DNA from: Chara braunii
Taxonomy: Eukaryota > Plantae > Charophyceae
Assembly (NCBI GenBank): GCA_003427395.1
Contig: BFEA01000030.1
Location: forward strand, 5,141,894-5,205,893
DNA: 64,000 nt
Direction: 5' to 3'
The translations under genes and the position numbers were made by a program. Under the pieces are notes generated by a model that saw only the letters and a program-made list of their open reading frames with translations, was not told the DNA's origin and ran no database searches. Of this stretch, positions 50,397 to 62,924 are shown piece after piece; the stretch's first letter is position 1, and the number at the start of each line of letters is the position of its first letter.

Positions 50397-50434
50397 CTGT
50401 CTCTTATACACATCTAGATGTGTATAAGAGACAG
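50397..50434. other. Nextera mate-pair junction adapter (artefact)
   Basis: Exact 38-bp junction sequence. Confidence 0.98.
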
Positions 50435-50662
50435 GGATTGGGGTGGGGGGGGGAGCGTTCAACGTTGCTGTTGTCATTTGGAGCGTTGGAAACTCCTCTG
50501 CTGACATTTCTGAAATTTTAAAATGCGCCGCCTTGGTGGTGTTTGGGCGCTGGGGGCTCGCGCTCTTCGTTGACGAAACTTGTTGACTGCGGTTGCCAAA
50601 ACCTGGCGGGAGTGTGGCCATGGCGATGCGTGGAGAGGTGCGCGGGCACATGTGGGGCAAAA

Positions 50663-53600
50663 GAGGAAACTACAGTACCCAAAAGAGGTTATGCTCTCTG
50701 CCACCTGTTGGATTGGCAGAAGAGAACTGGATCGGAAGGAATTTTGGGAAATGGCAGGGAAAGCAATAAATAAATTAATGGGCTGAACAAATGGGGGTGT
50801 GCTGTCGGCCTGTTTTTTGTGTGCTTGCTTTGGCATGACTGCTGCTTTGCCTCTACAACCAGCGGCGAACTGTGTTCCGGAATCTAGGTCATGTGCTGGC
50901 AAAAGCAGAAGCCGGTCTCTGGAGTGACCAGAAGTATGTCACCAACGTCTCCCTGCCACCTGTCGCGATGACAACTGGGTGTCTTCCCTGTACCTGGCGG
51001 ACTACATCCAAAGTGCGTCCGCAAAACCTGGCATACGGATTGAAGTCTTGAGTAGACCGTTGATGCCCTGGCACGGGGACAGTTGTTACCGTATTTTCTG
51101 GATGTTTTCGAGAATTTCTTTTTTCGGCGCCCCGAAGGGCATCTGAGGTTCTGTAAGGTAGGATGAGGGGTAGATGGATAATTGAACAGGCGGCCGGGGA
51201 CGGCCATGCAACGTCATACCGTATTTTCTGGATTTTTTGAGAATTTTTTCTCTTTTTTCGACGCACCAAAAGGGCATCTGAGGTACTGTAAGGTAGGATG
51301 AGGGGTAGATGAAAAATTGAACAGGCGGCCGTGGACGGCCACGCTAAGTCGGAGCTCGTAGAAGTGGTATAAATCAATTGGCTGTAGTATTGCCAATCCT
51401 CAATCTGAGTGGCGAATGAGTGTAAGGGTTGAGTTCTCGGCAGGGTGCGTCGAGAGTGACGATGGAGAAGTGGATTACGTCATGATATTAATGCTCATGT
51501 CTTCTTCTTCATAATAAATATTTTATTTCTCTTGACCAGAGCCTAAGTTTCAACCTTGCCGTGGCTTGGGGTGCTGTATCTCGCTCGAGAAACGTGCATC
51601 TTCTTTGTATTTGTATTTGCATTGCTTACATATGATTTCACCATATGTTTTATCCATTGATCTTAAAATCTTTAATCCATTTCTTTTACTTTATGTCATC
51701 AGGGTGTTATCTCGACGTATCCGACTTGTCTTGTCAATCACTTTAACTGCGCAAATCCGATAGAGCGCTTACCTGTGGGCAGGTGTCTCATGAAGGGCAC
51801 CGTGGTCCGAAAGGAGGGGCGTGCATTGACAACTAGAAGCACGAAGAGTTGTACTGAAGGGAATTGAACACGTATGGCTTAACATATTTGACATCCTTCG
51901 GAAGGACAGGCAGGTCTCCTACGAGGTCAACCTCCACATTGCAGGAAAGTGGAGCGTTGGGAGTTCAGAGTGGACAGTGGGAATTAGCCTGTGCTGTATA
52001 TTCCTCTCCTACGTCGCCTTCGATTGTGTACGGACGGGGGCGCGGTGGTCGAGCGGGGGGCCAATCGGGAGGTGGAAAGGAAGGTGGAGTGACTGCGGCC
52101 GGTACTGTGGGGTAATACCGGAGCAGGGCAAGGTGCTACCAATGGAGACCGGTGGTAACCAAGGGAGTGGCCAAGCAAGTGGCCTCCAAAACGACCATCC
52201 TACTGCGCACTCGCAGGATGGCCAGAAAGGTCCGGCTGCTAATGCGTTTCCAGGACCTGGCAACAGAGCTTACTTCACAAAGGAGTATATGGATATTCTA
52301 GAAAGCATCAAGATTAACAAGGCTATCGAAGAAGCTCGAAAGAAGATCAATGGGAACCGCCGAGGCGGTATCTGCATAACGGAGAACAGGGAGCAGCCAG
52401 AACCACCAGTACCAAGAAGTGCTGACAAGAATGAAGAACTCAAGGCCTGGGTTACAACTACCCTCGGAGATTCACTGAAGCAGCTCACCGAAAAGTTGGA
52501 GAATGTAGACCAAAAGGCGAAGCTCCCCGCCGGAGAGAAAGCCGAACTGGAGAGACTGAGAGCGGAGAAGCATGAAGACAAGGCAGACCAGGACCCATCT
52601 GGCAGTGAAAAACGCAAGAGGGCGAGAAATCGAACACCAGCGAAAGCATCTCCGAAACCTTTGCGCGCGAAGGAGCGCTCGCGTACCAATGTGAAAGCAG
52701 CTACCCGATCCAAGAAAAGGATCAAAGTATCGTCGGATGAGGAGAGTGACGAGTTGGGGAAGCTTAAGCAGAACTTGGAGAAGAAAATGGAAAGTAGCAC
52801 GGAATTGGCGGAGATAAAAGGGATGCTCATGATGTTGATGGGGGAGAGGGAAAAGGAAAAAGGAAAGTGCAAAGTAGAAGGAAAGGACCAGGGTTGCGAA
52901 ACGAAGGTCGAGCATAGCGAGGTTACGAAGGACAATGGTTTTCGAGCGCATGTCACCAGCGAGGAAGAAGACGAAGGCGGCCTTGCGATGTATATGAAGC
53001 TCCGATTAGACTTTTATAGCTTCCTGCACTATACGCACGTCCAGGATCTGTGCAAAGAGAAGGACATCACATACTACCGCCGTCTACCGGAAGGAAATCG
53101 GCGCGTGGGAACTGGCAAAGATCGACCTCCAGGAGTGCGTGGATAGCCTGGAGCAAGCCAAGCCTACCCAAGCAGCCGAGTGTTCCAGAGCGAGAGAAGC
53201 AGACGCAACTTCCCGAAACTCCGATAATCCAGACGCAACTTCCCGATAATCCGATAATCCAGACGGAGATGGATCCGATATCGGGAAACTAGTCTACGGC
53301 AGTAAGCGCTCGTTACTGCGTGCCGGAAATAGACTGGCTAAACTGAAGTCAACACTGGGAACGGACTATGCGGACGCATTGAACCGGATTCACTTGCTAA
53401 TGATTTTGCTTGCTTGTTGTAAGGGAGATATAGCATGAGGAAAAAATTTTGTCTGATATTGGGTCAGATTTGATAGCAAGGATTGGGGTCGGTTCTTGGA
53501 TGCTGACAATTGTGTGTATTTGCACCTCTCCTTGAACCACAAACTTACATACATTGGGAAGACAACGAGAACTCTTCGGGAAAGATGGTCTGAACATCGT

Positions 53601-56600
53601 CGAGCCGCTTGTGGGAACAGTAAACAAAAAATGCACAACTGGCTTCGCAAAGCCGGTACAGATCACTATGTACCTATCCGGAGTTGGTTTGGATCCGAGC
53701 GCACCATCGATGAGATGGGAAAACAAATAATCGGTAGCCATAACCCTGGACTAAATCTCAAACACACCAACAGAAGGAACCACAGCAGAAGAACTCGTAA
53801 GCAAACCAAAGGTAAGCGAATCGTTGTGGATAGCATTGTGGAACCCATTCCATTTGATTGTCCGACTTTGAACGTAAAGCATCATCCTGATTTGCTGACT
53901 GTGTTAAAGCTATTATAGAAACGAAAGTTGAAAAGTAACCAAGGATGGGAAGTATCCAACAATCAAGGTGCAAGATGGCTTAAAGCCTGGAGACTAGTGT
54001 GTCTACTCTTCGGGTTCACAAAAGTTGAAAAGAATGGGGTGAAAATGTTGTTGAAAGATGCGAAGTTGCAGATTGAAGAAGGGAGAATATGGAAGATTAC
54101 AGATTTGAAACGGTCAAGAACGAAGTCAGATGTTAAAAAGAGGAGTTGATTGCACTTTTCAAGGCCCCCTGAAAGCATAAGGACTTGTACAGACTGAGTT
54201 CAGTCGAACTAATTGAACTCAATAACAATGGAAAAACAATAAAAGAGCGTGGTGGTAGACAAATCATCAGAGGTATCTTAACCAACGTCTTCAAAAAGAA
54301 GTTCTTAATAAATCCACGTGTAAATATAACTGTTAAGATTCCCTTTTGTACCACTGTAGACAAAAAGAAAGTGGAAGGCTCAGTGAAGGATTGGATAAGG
54401 GGAAATATTTTGCCTACCCCGCTTGGTGAGTTGCATGCAAGAAGGACGCGGGCAGTATGGTTGAAAGCCAAGTCTGTCGGCGATCTTCTGCATTACCAAA
54501 AATCATTTGCACAATGTGGCAATTTTCAGTGCACGTGTGCTGATTTTGACTTGCCCAAGATTAATGGGCATGTAGCAGTCAAACTAAGTGAGGCTCCTGG
54601 GATACATCCATTTTTGCACAATGCAAAGAACATCCCCTTCTCGGGCACACTGGCCTCAAAGGAAGCAGTATCACAAGCTTGTAATGATGCACTCCAATGC
54701 ATGCATCAAATGAGGTTGACAACTCGAAGAATGAATATTGACTGGACTGGGTCAGGAAATCGGGGGAAAAGATGAAGGAGGGTTGTGTCCTGAATGAATA
54801 TGTATAAGGAGTCTTCTCGGCGTTGGAGGGACTTGTGATGGCCCTACTGGACCGTAACAACAGTGATACCTGGATTGAATGCACGAATGTGTATTCAGAT
54901 GGTCTCAGAAAATTGTTTGTTGAGAATGATAATTACCTAAACCTGAAGCAAGATCCTATCTCATCTCTAATTGAGATTACGAAGAATTACATGGAACAGG
55001 GGTTGCAGAAAATTACCCGATGGGACAACAACAGGACCCTACAGCATGCGTACATCCTTGCGAAGGAAAAAGACAAAGCGAAAAGAAGACCAATTGTCAC
55101 GTCGTACGCAAACCCTTTCAGAGTTGGCTCTGGCCTGCTAGCCACCGTATTAAATCACCTAATTAAAAAGATAAAGCTGATACACTTTAATTTGAACTCT
55201 ACGATGCAGCTCAAAGGCGTGGTTGAGGAGATTAACTCCCAAATGGTAACATGAAGGAAAAATATTTCGGCGAGGACCTATGATATCACTGAAATGTTCT
55301 CTCAACTACCCCACGAGGTAATTCTGGATGCAGGAACTTGGATGTTTGAGCATTTCCATCAAAGATCTAAAAAATGGATCCGAGTAAAATTGCGTGGAAA
55401 AATTGTCTCTTTTCGAAAATCCCACGGGGAAGTAGGGTGAGGCTCCGTCCGGTTACAGGATCTCATAAAGCTGACCTCCTTCCAGCTGCAGAACTGCGTC
55501 TTTCGGGTGATGGATTTTGTCCTTTGTCAAAGAAAAGGCATCCCGATGGGAGGAAGGGTCAGTCCCTCCCTTGCCAATGTGATGTGCATGTACTCTGAGC
55601 ACAAGTTCCTGACAGCACTGGGAGCAGATGCACGGTTTATTACCCGGACGCAAAGGCTCAGGCCGAGAGCAAATTAGACCGGATTTATGAATGCTACCCA
55701 CCGGATCTGATTATAAAAAGAAAGGACCCAGGCCTGGGAATATTGGATTTCTTGGAGACACGGATAGTGATCTCACCGAAGGACTCAAACTTGATCTTAA
55801 GTCACAAATTCAAAAACGCACATACGATTTGGGGTGAGGGACAACTCAAATTCAAGACCCTAAAAAATTTCGCATCTTATGGGCCTAAGGTGGCTGAGAA
55901 TGCGATTGTGGCCAACAACTTACTACGGATCTCGATGAACACGAATTCGGACGCGGCCACCCTATGGAGCGTCCTCACCTATTCAGAAGAAATGAGGAAA
56001 CTACAGTACCCAAAAGAGGTTTTGCTCTCTACCACCTGTTGGACTGGCAGAAGAGAGCCGGATCGGAAGGAATTTTGGGGAATGGCAGGGGAAGCAATAA
56101 ATAAATTAATGGGTTGAACAAATGGGGGTATGTTGTCGGCTTGTTTTTTGTGTGCTTGCTTTGGCTTGACTGCTGCTTTGCCTCTGTAACACAACCAGCG
56201 GCGATCTGTGTTCCGGAATCTGGGTCATATGCTGGCAAAAGCAGAAGCCGGTCTCTGGAGTGACCAGAAGTATGTCACCAATGTCTCCCTGCCACCTATC
56301 GCGATGACAACTGGGTGTCTTCCCTGTACCTGGCGGACTACATCCAAAGTGCGTCCGCAAAATCTGGCATACGGATTGAAGTCTTGAGTAGACCGTTGAT
56401 GCCCTGACACGGGGACAGTTGTTACCGTATTTTCTGAATGTTTTCGAGAATTTTTTTTTTCGACGCCCCGAAGGGCATCTGAGGTTCTGTAAGGTAGGAT
56501 GAGGGGTAGATGGATAATTGAACAGGCGGCCGGGGATGGCCATGCAAAGTCATACCGTACTTTGTGGATTTTTCGAGATTTTTTTCTCTTTTTTTTGCGC

Positions 56601-56867
56601 CCGAAAACGGCATCTGAGGTGCTGTAAGGTAGGATGAGGGGTAGATGAAAAATTGAACAGGCGGCCGTGGACAGCCACACTAAGTCGGAGCTCGTAGAAG
56701 TGGTATAAATCAATTGGCTGTAGTATTGCCAATCCTCAATCTGAGTGGCGAATAAGTGGAAGGGTTGAGTTCTCGGCAGGGTGCGTCGAGAGTGGCGATG
56801 GAGAAGTGGATAACGCCATGACATTAATGTTCATGTCTTCTTCCTAATAATAAATATTTTATTTCTC
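50663..56867 (+). mobile_element. Penelope-like retroelement with N-terminal GIY-YIG (Chlamys/Naiad-type), partial-tandem pseudo-LTRs, inactive
   Basis: GIY-YIG CVYLHLS...TYIGKTTRTLRERWSEH...NPGLN (~53500-53760) lies upstream of RT motifs RPIVTS, TYDITEMFSQLPH, QRKGIPMG...SPSLAN and DFLETRI. CxC...GH motif in the linker. Direct repeats 50663-51531 and 55994-56867 include the ORF end. Multiple stops and frameshifts; no YxDD visible. Confidence 0.88.
52142..53146 (+). CDS. Upstream ORF of the Penelope-like element (charged coiled-coil protein, possible SAP-like C-terminus)
   Basis: Long open frame (track ORF 51977-53146; ATG at 52142). K/E/R-rich, lies between the 5' pseudo-LTR and the GIY-YIG region. 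Confidence 0.6.
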   Translation: METGGNQGSGQASGLQNDHPTAHSQDGQKGPAANAFPGPGNRAYFTKEYMDILESIKINKAIEEARKKINGNRRGGICITENREQPEPPVPRSADKNEELKAWVTTTLGDSLKQLTEKLENVDQKAKLPAGEKAELERLRAEKHEDKADQDPSGSEKRKRARNRTPAKASPKPLRAKERSRTNVKAATRSKKRIKVSSDEESDELGKLKQNLEKKMESSTELAEIKGMLMMLMGEREKEKGKCKVEGKDQGCETKVEHSEVTKDNGFRAHVTSEEEDEGGLAMYMKLRLDFYSFLHYTHVQDLCKEKDITYYRRLPEGNRRVGTGKDRPPGVRG

Positions 56868-57675
56868 ACACGTGTGCCATGCCAAAGAAACCTGATAGGT
56901 TCCTGGCCATCACTTGTTTCGGTCGACTATGCGTCAGGATTCCCTGCCAATCTTAGGAAGGACAGCGAGAAGAAGTGGGGACAGCTGGAGGGCGGGATCC
57001 GGCCGCCGCCAAAATACCTTACAAAACTCATCGGGGGCTTGCCCTCCGCTCTTTGCTACGTAGATGCCGTTGGGATACCGCGCTCCTGCTCAATTGGAGG
57101 CGGCCCGTGGTGAATTCGTTTATATGTTGCGTGGTCGACGACCGATACGGTGTCTCCCCAGGGTTATCTTGCTTCTGGTGACCTGGAGCAGCGTGCAGCA
57201 TTTGTAGTGAGACTCGTTTGTTCAAGACGGTGAAGCCGAGGACCCCTTTTGCTCTTATGGATGCTGTTTGCATCGTTTCACTCACCTCTTTAGACGAGAG
57301 GTATAGGTATGGTTAGTTTCCTTTTGGAAATTCCCGATACTAGATGAACATGATAGAGGATAGTAGTTGTGGGTTTATTTTGGTTGGAAGTTGTCTGTAT
57401 CCTCGTCGATTTAGGTGCAGAAAGGGTAAACGCTAGATAGAGGGCGGGGGTAATGATAAATAAGTTATGAGAGTTGTTGTTAGATGAAGGGGTAATGGTC
57501 TGTCAATCACGTTTTGGATTAATGTTTAGTCAATTTTAATAGTTGTAATAACCCCGGTGCTTGAACACTTGTGTATTTCTATATGGGACGCTGGACCCGG
57601 TTCCCAGCACGTGTTGCTCCCCACGAATAGACCGGAGCATTCTATTAAGAAAAAATAATAATAAATAAAAAAAAT
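56868..57675 (+). mobile_element. Probable LINE 3' fragment with conserved tail motif and A-rich end
   Basis: Tail motif at 57590-57638 followed by an A-rich tract. The upstream part is coding-like but degenerate. Confidence 0.5.
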
Positions 57676-57890
57676 TCAAGTATTGGGGTTAGAACGTACG
57701 GTTTATTATTTATTAATTATTATTATTATCATTTTTTTTTATCCTTCTCTCAAATATTTATCATCTTTCAAATTCTTTCAAATCACCTTTCACTACCTAC
57801 CTACCTACCGCTACTCCTAAGGCTTACTTATACAGAGGACCCCTGCGAACAGAGCTTTGATGTCTCCCTCAAGCCATTAAAGAGGATGAC

Positions 57891-57931
<41 letters not shown>

Positions 57932-60900
57932 CAACCACCAGTACCTCCGCCAGTGTTGGGAAATTATGATGTCTTGGCCAATAGCCAGTACCCGAACTTT
58001 TCGGGGGTGGGACACAGGGTCGGCAATGTTCTATAAATTTGAATTTTATAGTGTCGCGAGTGAACGGAAAAAGGAAAACAAAAAATGTTTTCTCTACTGC
58101 AATGATGTCGGGCAGGGTAGTCCAGGAGGTCGTGCTCACAATCTTCCTCCACGGAATGCATCTTATAGGTAAGGCGGTCACATTCTGAATGTTACTGTTT
58201 TCTTTTTTTTCTTGGTCGTGTGTTTCTTATGAGTCCCCTGTCCGTGAATTGCTCAAGCTGTCCGTGATCTGCTCAAATTGTGTTTTGTCTGAGGATTGTA
58301 TGGCTCATCACATTGGCACTTAGGGGAATGTATCCAGCCATTTTCACGGTCGGATCCATGTGCCCGTTTTCCCCCCTTTTATTCTCTTTTTGGAATCTGA
58401 CAACTTGGCCACGGGGCTGAGATGCCCTCATTGAGGGCACACTCACACTACCACTTCCAAGAATGTATACAACTGCAATCACGGCCAAAGCTTTGTTTCC
58501 TTTTTTCTTTCTTCTTTTCTTCTGAGGTTCACGGCCGCAACTTTTCTTTTTCTGTAAGTGTGTAGATGAAGGTTGTGAGTGTTATTTGTCGGATTGAGTT
58601 TTTGGATAGCTCAAGAAAAGTTATATTGTGGGTCCCCAACTCGATTGGATCGTAAGCTAAACCGGCTGATGCTGCCGGGATAACTCCGGGTTTAATTGTG
58701 AGGTCCCCGACCTCTTATTATTGATTGTTGTTAATGAATGTGAAACCACAAAAAAAAAAACTTCTCTTCTTCTTTTTTGTTTTTTTTTGTTCTTTCCGTG
58801 AGAGTACCAGAAAGAAAACGGAGTGGCACCCAGGCTCGGCAAACTCGGAGCGCAGTGAAGTTTAGGGTCGGCAAAAACAGGCTCGGAGGTACTAGAAAGA
58901 AGATCAGAGATCGTGGGGCGCGGCGCGGCCGGGAACTCTGCGCCCAGCCGGCACCAATACGATCATGTCGGTGTGCTATGGAGAAGCTAGGCGAAGTAGG
59001 CGACGTGGCGGGCGAAAGCACGAGGCGTAGGATGGCAGGACGTGGCGACGAGTGGCGATGGGGAGCAGCAACGAGCGGCGAGGTGCAAGAGAAGAGGGCG
59101 GGGTTGATGGTGACAGGGTGTGATGGAGGATGACGGGCCAGGGGGTAGGGGTGGGTGGTGGCGTCTCGTGGGGCTCGCGACTACTAGTCAGTACGGTGTG
59201 GGAGTAATCGGGTGAAGCGGCGGGCGAAAGTGCGAGGCGCGTGATGGTAGGGAGCAACAACGAGCGGGTTGAGGTCTGTTGATGTTTCTTTTTGAGATTT
59301 ATCCTGCTCGTTTTGTTGAAGTGACACTGTGTTGTTAAAGCTTCTATGGGAGGCAACTGGAAGGAGTATTGTAGAATGTGCTGGATTGGAGCGAAGGTTT
59401 TTTTGTGTAGGGTGGGGGAGAAAAAAATAGTAGGAGGGAGCACGAAGATTGGGGGCGTCTTAGATCAGCACCAAAATTAGTTGGCTGGCGTCATGAGTGG
59501 ATGGAGAGAGGGGAAGGTTGTGAATTAAAGGAAAAATGGAAAGATACAGCTTGGAGAGAAGGAAAGGGGAGGAGGTTAGCTGTTCCTTTCTTCTCTTCAC
59601 TTCGCCTCTCTGCATCTCCTCCCTTTTAGTTGTCTTTTTACTCCTTTTCTTGATTGCTTTGGTTGTGTTTGTTGGAAGTGCCTTCCGGTTTTCACTGCAA
59701 ATAGGATCTTCTGTGATAAATCGTTGGTAGGTTCGGCGATGTCGTGTCACAACGAGCCCTGCAAGGATTTGGTAAGTGGGGGCTTGGGCCGATTGCTTTC
59801 TTGCCCTGTGGGGGGATGGATTAAGGTCTCTCCTCACAAGAAGGCATGTCGGTTTCGGTTCGGGGAGGGAATCGAAAGGAAAACGGGATTGGTGGGGGGC
59901 GGGTAATGCAATGGAGAATGGGGGAGGGGTGGGTTGCTCGGCTACGGGGGGGAGTGATGTGATTTTACTTGGTGTCGTTCTTATCGAAGAATAGGTCATA
60001 ACTGATGACTTTCTTCTAACTCATAGTTTGATTGGTAAAGATTCATGAAGTACTCACTTCTGTTTTGAAAAAAATATGATTCTGTTATAAAATTTCGAAG
60101 TACGATTTGAAATTGATTTCCTACAAATTCCCACAATTTTTTAAATACGGTCAATTTTTTTTCCCAACTTATTTCTTACGTTGAAATCCTTGGTTCAATT
60201 TCTTGATAGTGCTATCCATAAATCAGAATTCGAACTCTGATATCTAGAACTTGATTCTCAATAGTGACTCTAACCTAGTTTTAAATTTTGATTGCATGAA
60301 TTGCTTTTTCTGATAGATTTACAGATCTATAGAATCATAGTTTTAACTGTGCTTGAATTTGCTATTAAGTCATTCTAATCGTTAGATTCGTCATTGAAGC
60401 CTTGAATTTTCATTGTTGTACTCGATGAGTGTTCTACATATAATCTGGAAAATATTTTTGGCTTACCTCCAATATGTTACATAACCTCGGTTTGAATTTG
60501 AAACTGGTGCTGGTCGTAGTGGTAGGTTGGATGGTTTGGTAGGAACGTTAGTAATGCATTTTGCGGCGAAGGGGGCTAGCTAGCAGGATGGAATTAGGGC
60601 ACAGCAGCAGTAGGGAGAATGACCATATTGCGGTAAGTCTTGCCGGTGAGGGGTTGAGATAGAGGGATGCAGGGGGTTGAGGAAGGACTGCAACCAGCGC
60701 ATGAAGGAGTTTGAGGCATTGGAAACCACTGTCATGGTGAGGTTGGCGGCTTGTCTTGTGTTTGCTCATGCTCATGAACTCATAGGTTTGTGAATGGATG
60801 AAGCCAGAACAACGCTGGCCGGTGCTGGGGCGTGGTCGCGCTGCCCTGTGACCCGAGTTGTCGGGAGCAAGAGGCCTGGTAGAGAGATCTGGGGAGTTGT

Positions 60901-61809
60901 CGAGGGTGGAAGGCACTCCAGTGTCTGTTGACAAGTTGGTATCCAGACGACGTTGGTCGGAGCCAGGGTGAGTCGCCTCGCCCTGTAGCCTAGCAGGTAG
61001 AGGTTATTCTAGAGTGGGTCTTGCCACTCTGTAACCTAGCAGTTGGGGGTGTGAGGCCTGGTAGAGTCTGGGTATCGAGAGCATGTGGGTTGAGGTAGGC
61101 TTAATGCGGGCGGCTCAATCACACTAGGGCATTGTGGTTTCGGGCTGAAAACTTCTACGCATTCAAGACTCGAAGTAGTTGGTACTCTAGTTTTTTCTAA
61201 ATTTTCTTGACTCTTGGGACTTCTAGTAACTCGTCTTAGGTGGCTTCGACGCTGTTATACTCAGTGATCTGTGGTTGTTCGATGCCAGAACGATGCTGAC
61301 CGGTGCTGGGGTGTTGTCCTGTCCTGCACTGGGTCAGTGGGTGTGAGTGGGCGGGCAGCCGGACTGGGTCGGTGGGTGTAAGTGGGCGGGCGGCCAGGTT
61401 GGGTTGCTGGGTATAAGTGGGCGGGCAGTCGGGCAAGGTCGGTGAGTGGTTGGGTGCCGCGCAGGTGGGTGCGTGCACCCGCCCCATGCGTTTTGCCGAA
61501 AGTGACAAAACTGAGAGGAAGTGGAACGACGAACGCCCGAAAAACCAACAAAACAAAAGTCAAGGGAACGACGAACGCTTGGTTTCCAACAACATTAAAA
61601 AAAAAAAAAGGTCGCGTCAAGGAAACGGGAAACGACGAAAACAAAAGGGAAAAAAAGGTTTCCAACAAAACTCAAAAGAGCCCGCGATGAAAAAAAAAAA
61701 AAAAAAAAAAGCCCACGAAAGCGGAAAACGATGAAAACAGAAGAAAACAAAAGGTCGTGGCAGCGGGAAATGACAAACTTCGAAGGGGAACGAAAACCAA
61801 CAAAAAAAC

Positions 61810-62400
61810 ATAGGACGAATTGGCGCAGTATTTATTTCACGATCTTAAATATTTTTTAAATTTTTTTAAATATTTTTAATAGAAAGATCACAACCCAATC
61901 TACAGACCTATCAATCAGAGTTGTGGAGTCATCCTTCTGAGCGCAAAAAATCGCGGAAGTTGGGGTACGTTTCCCGTTGGCCGTCACATGATACAACAGC
62001 AAAAGACCCCAAAAAATGAATATAGGACGAATTGGCGCGGCATTTAATTCACGATCTTAAATATTCTTTTAATTTTTTAAAATATTTTTTGTGCAAAGAT
62101 CATGACCCAGTCTACAGGCCTATCAATTTTCAGAGTCGTGAAGTTATCCTTCCGAGCGCAAAAAATCGCGGAAGTTGGGGTACTTTTCCTGTTGGCCAAC
62201 ACATGCACGAATGACAAAAATGGACAGTGCAACTAAACGGCGCGACATTTATTTCACGGTTTATTTTTATTTTATTTTTTTTATTGATATTTTTCCTAAG
62301 AAGATCACAACCTATCTACGGGATCTCAAATTTTCAGAGTTTTTCCTCAATTCGTCTGAGCGCGAAAAATCGCCAGATTTGGTGCTTGAAAATTGCGGGA
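61810..62400. repeat. ~210-bp tandem subrepeats (about 3 units)
   Basis: ATAGGACGAATTGGCGC...AAGATCA...GAGCGCAAAAAATCGCGGAAGTTGGGGTAC repeated. Confidence 0.8.
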
Positions 62401-62892
62401 CTGGACCCGCCTGCCACACTGTGCAACGTTAGGGTTTGGACACACATGCACTTTCTGACCTGTCAGCTGCCTGACGTCAGATACACTTCATAAAGAAGCA
62501 GTCCCCAAAACCACACCGGGACCCAATCCACCTGTATGGTTAGGGCAGTTGCGTATTTCAAATCTGTGCGTGGGTTCAAACCCCAACAACAACCATTGAT
62601 AGCAAACTTCAAAATATTAAACCACCGGTCCCCCCGCCAGTGAAAACCCTCGGTCGCGGTGAGTTAGGGCCGGGTTTTTCGGCGGTAGCCGGCCGCAACT
62701 CACCGATTCACCTGCCCACAACTCACCAATACTTCGCAGTCCCAGGCGAGTGTACCACGTTCCCGCGTAGCAGACGGCGAACGCCGCCGGATTCCATCGA
62801 CGGCCGTGGCGACGTGAATCCGGTCCAGTGTTGGGGCCGCCCGGTAACCTCGATCGGACTTCGTGCCATTGGCGGCAACGAGGAGCGAAAGC

Positions 62893-62924
<32 letters not shown>

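Noticed and set aside
51788-51815. Possible hammerhead ATGAAGG-GCACC-GT-GGTCC-GAAA in the PLE 5' region
   Set aside because: Two core mismatches and no supportable stems I and III.
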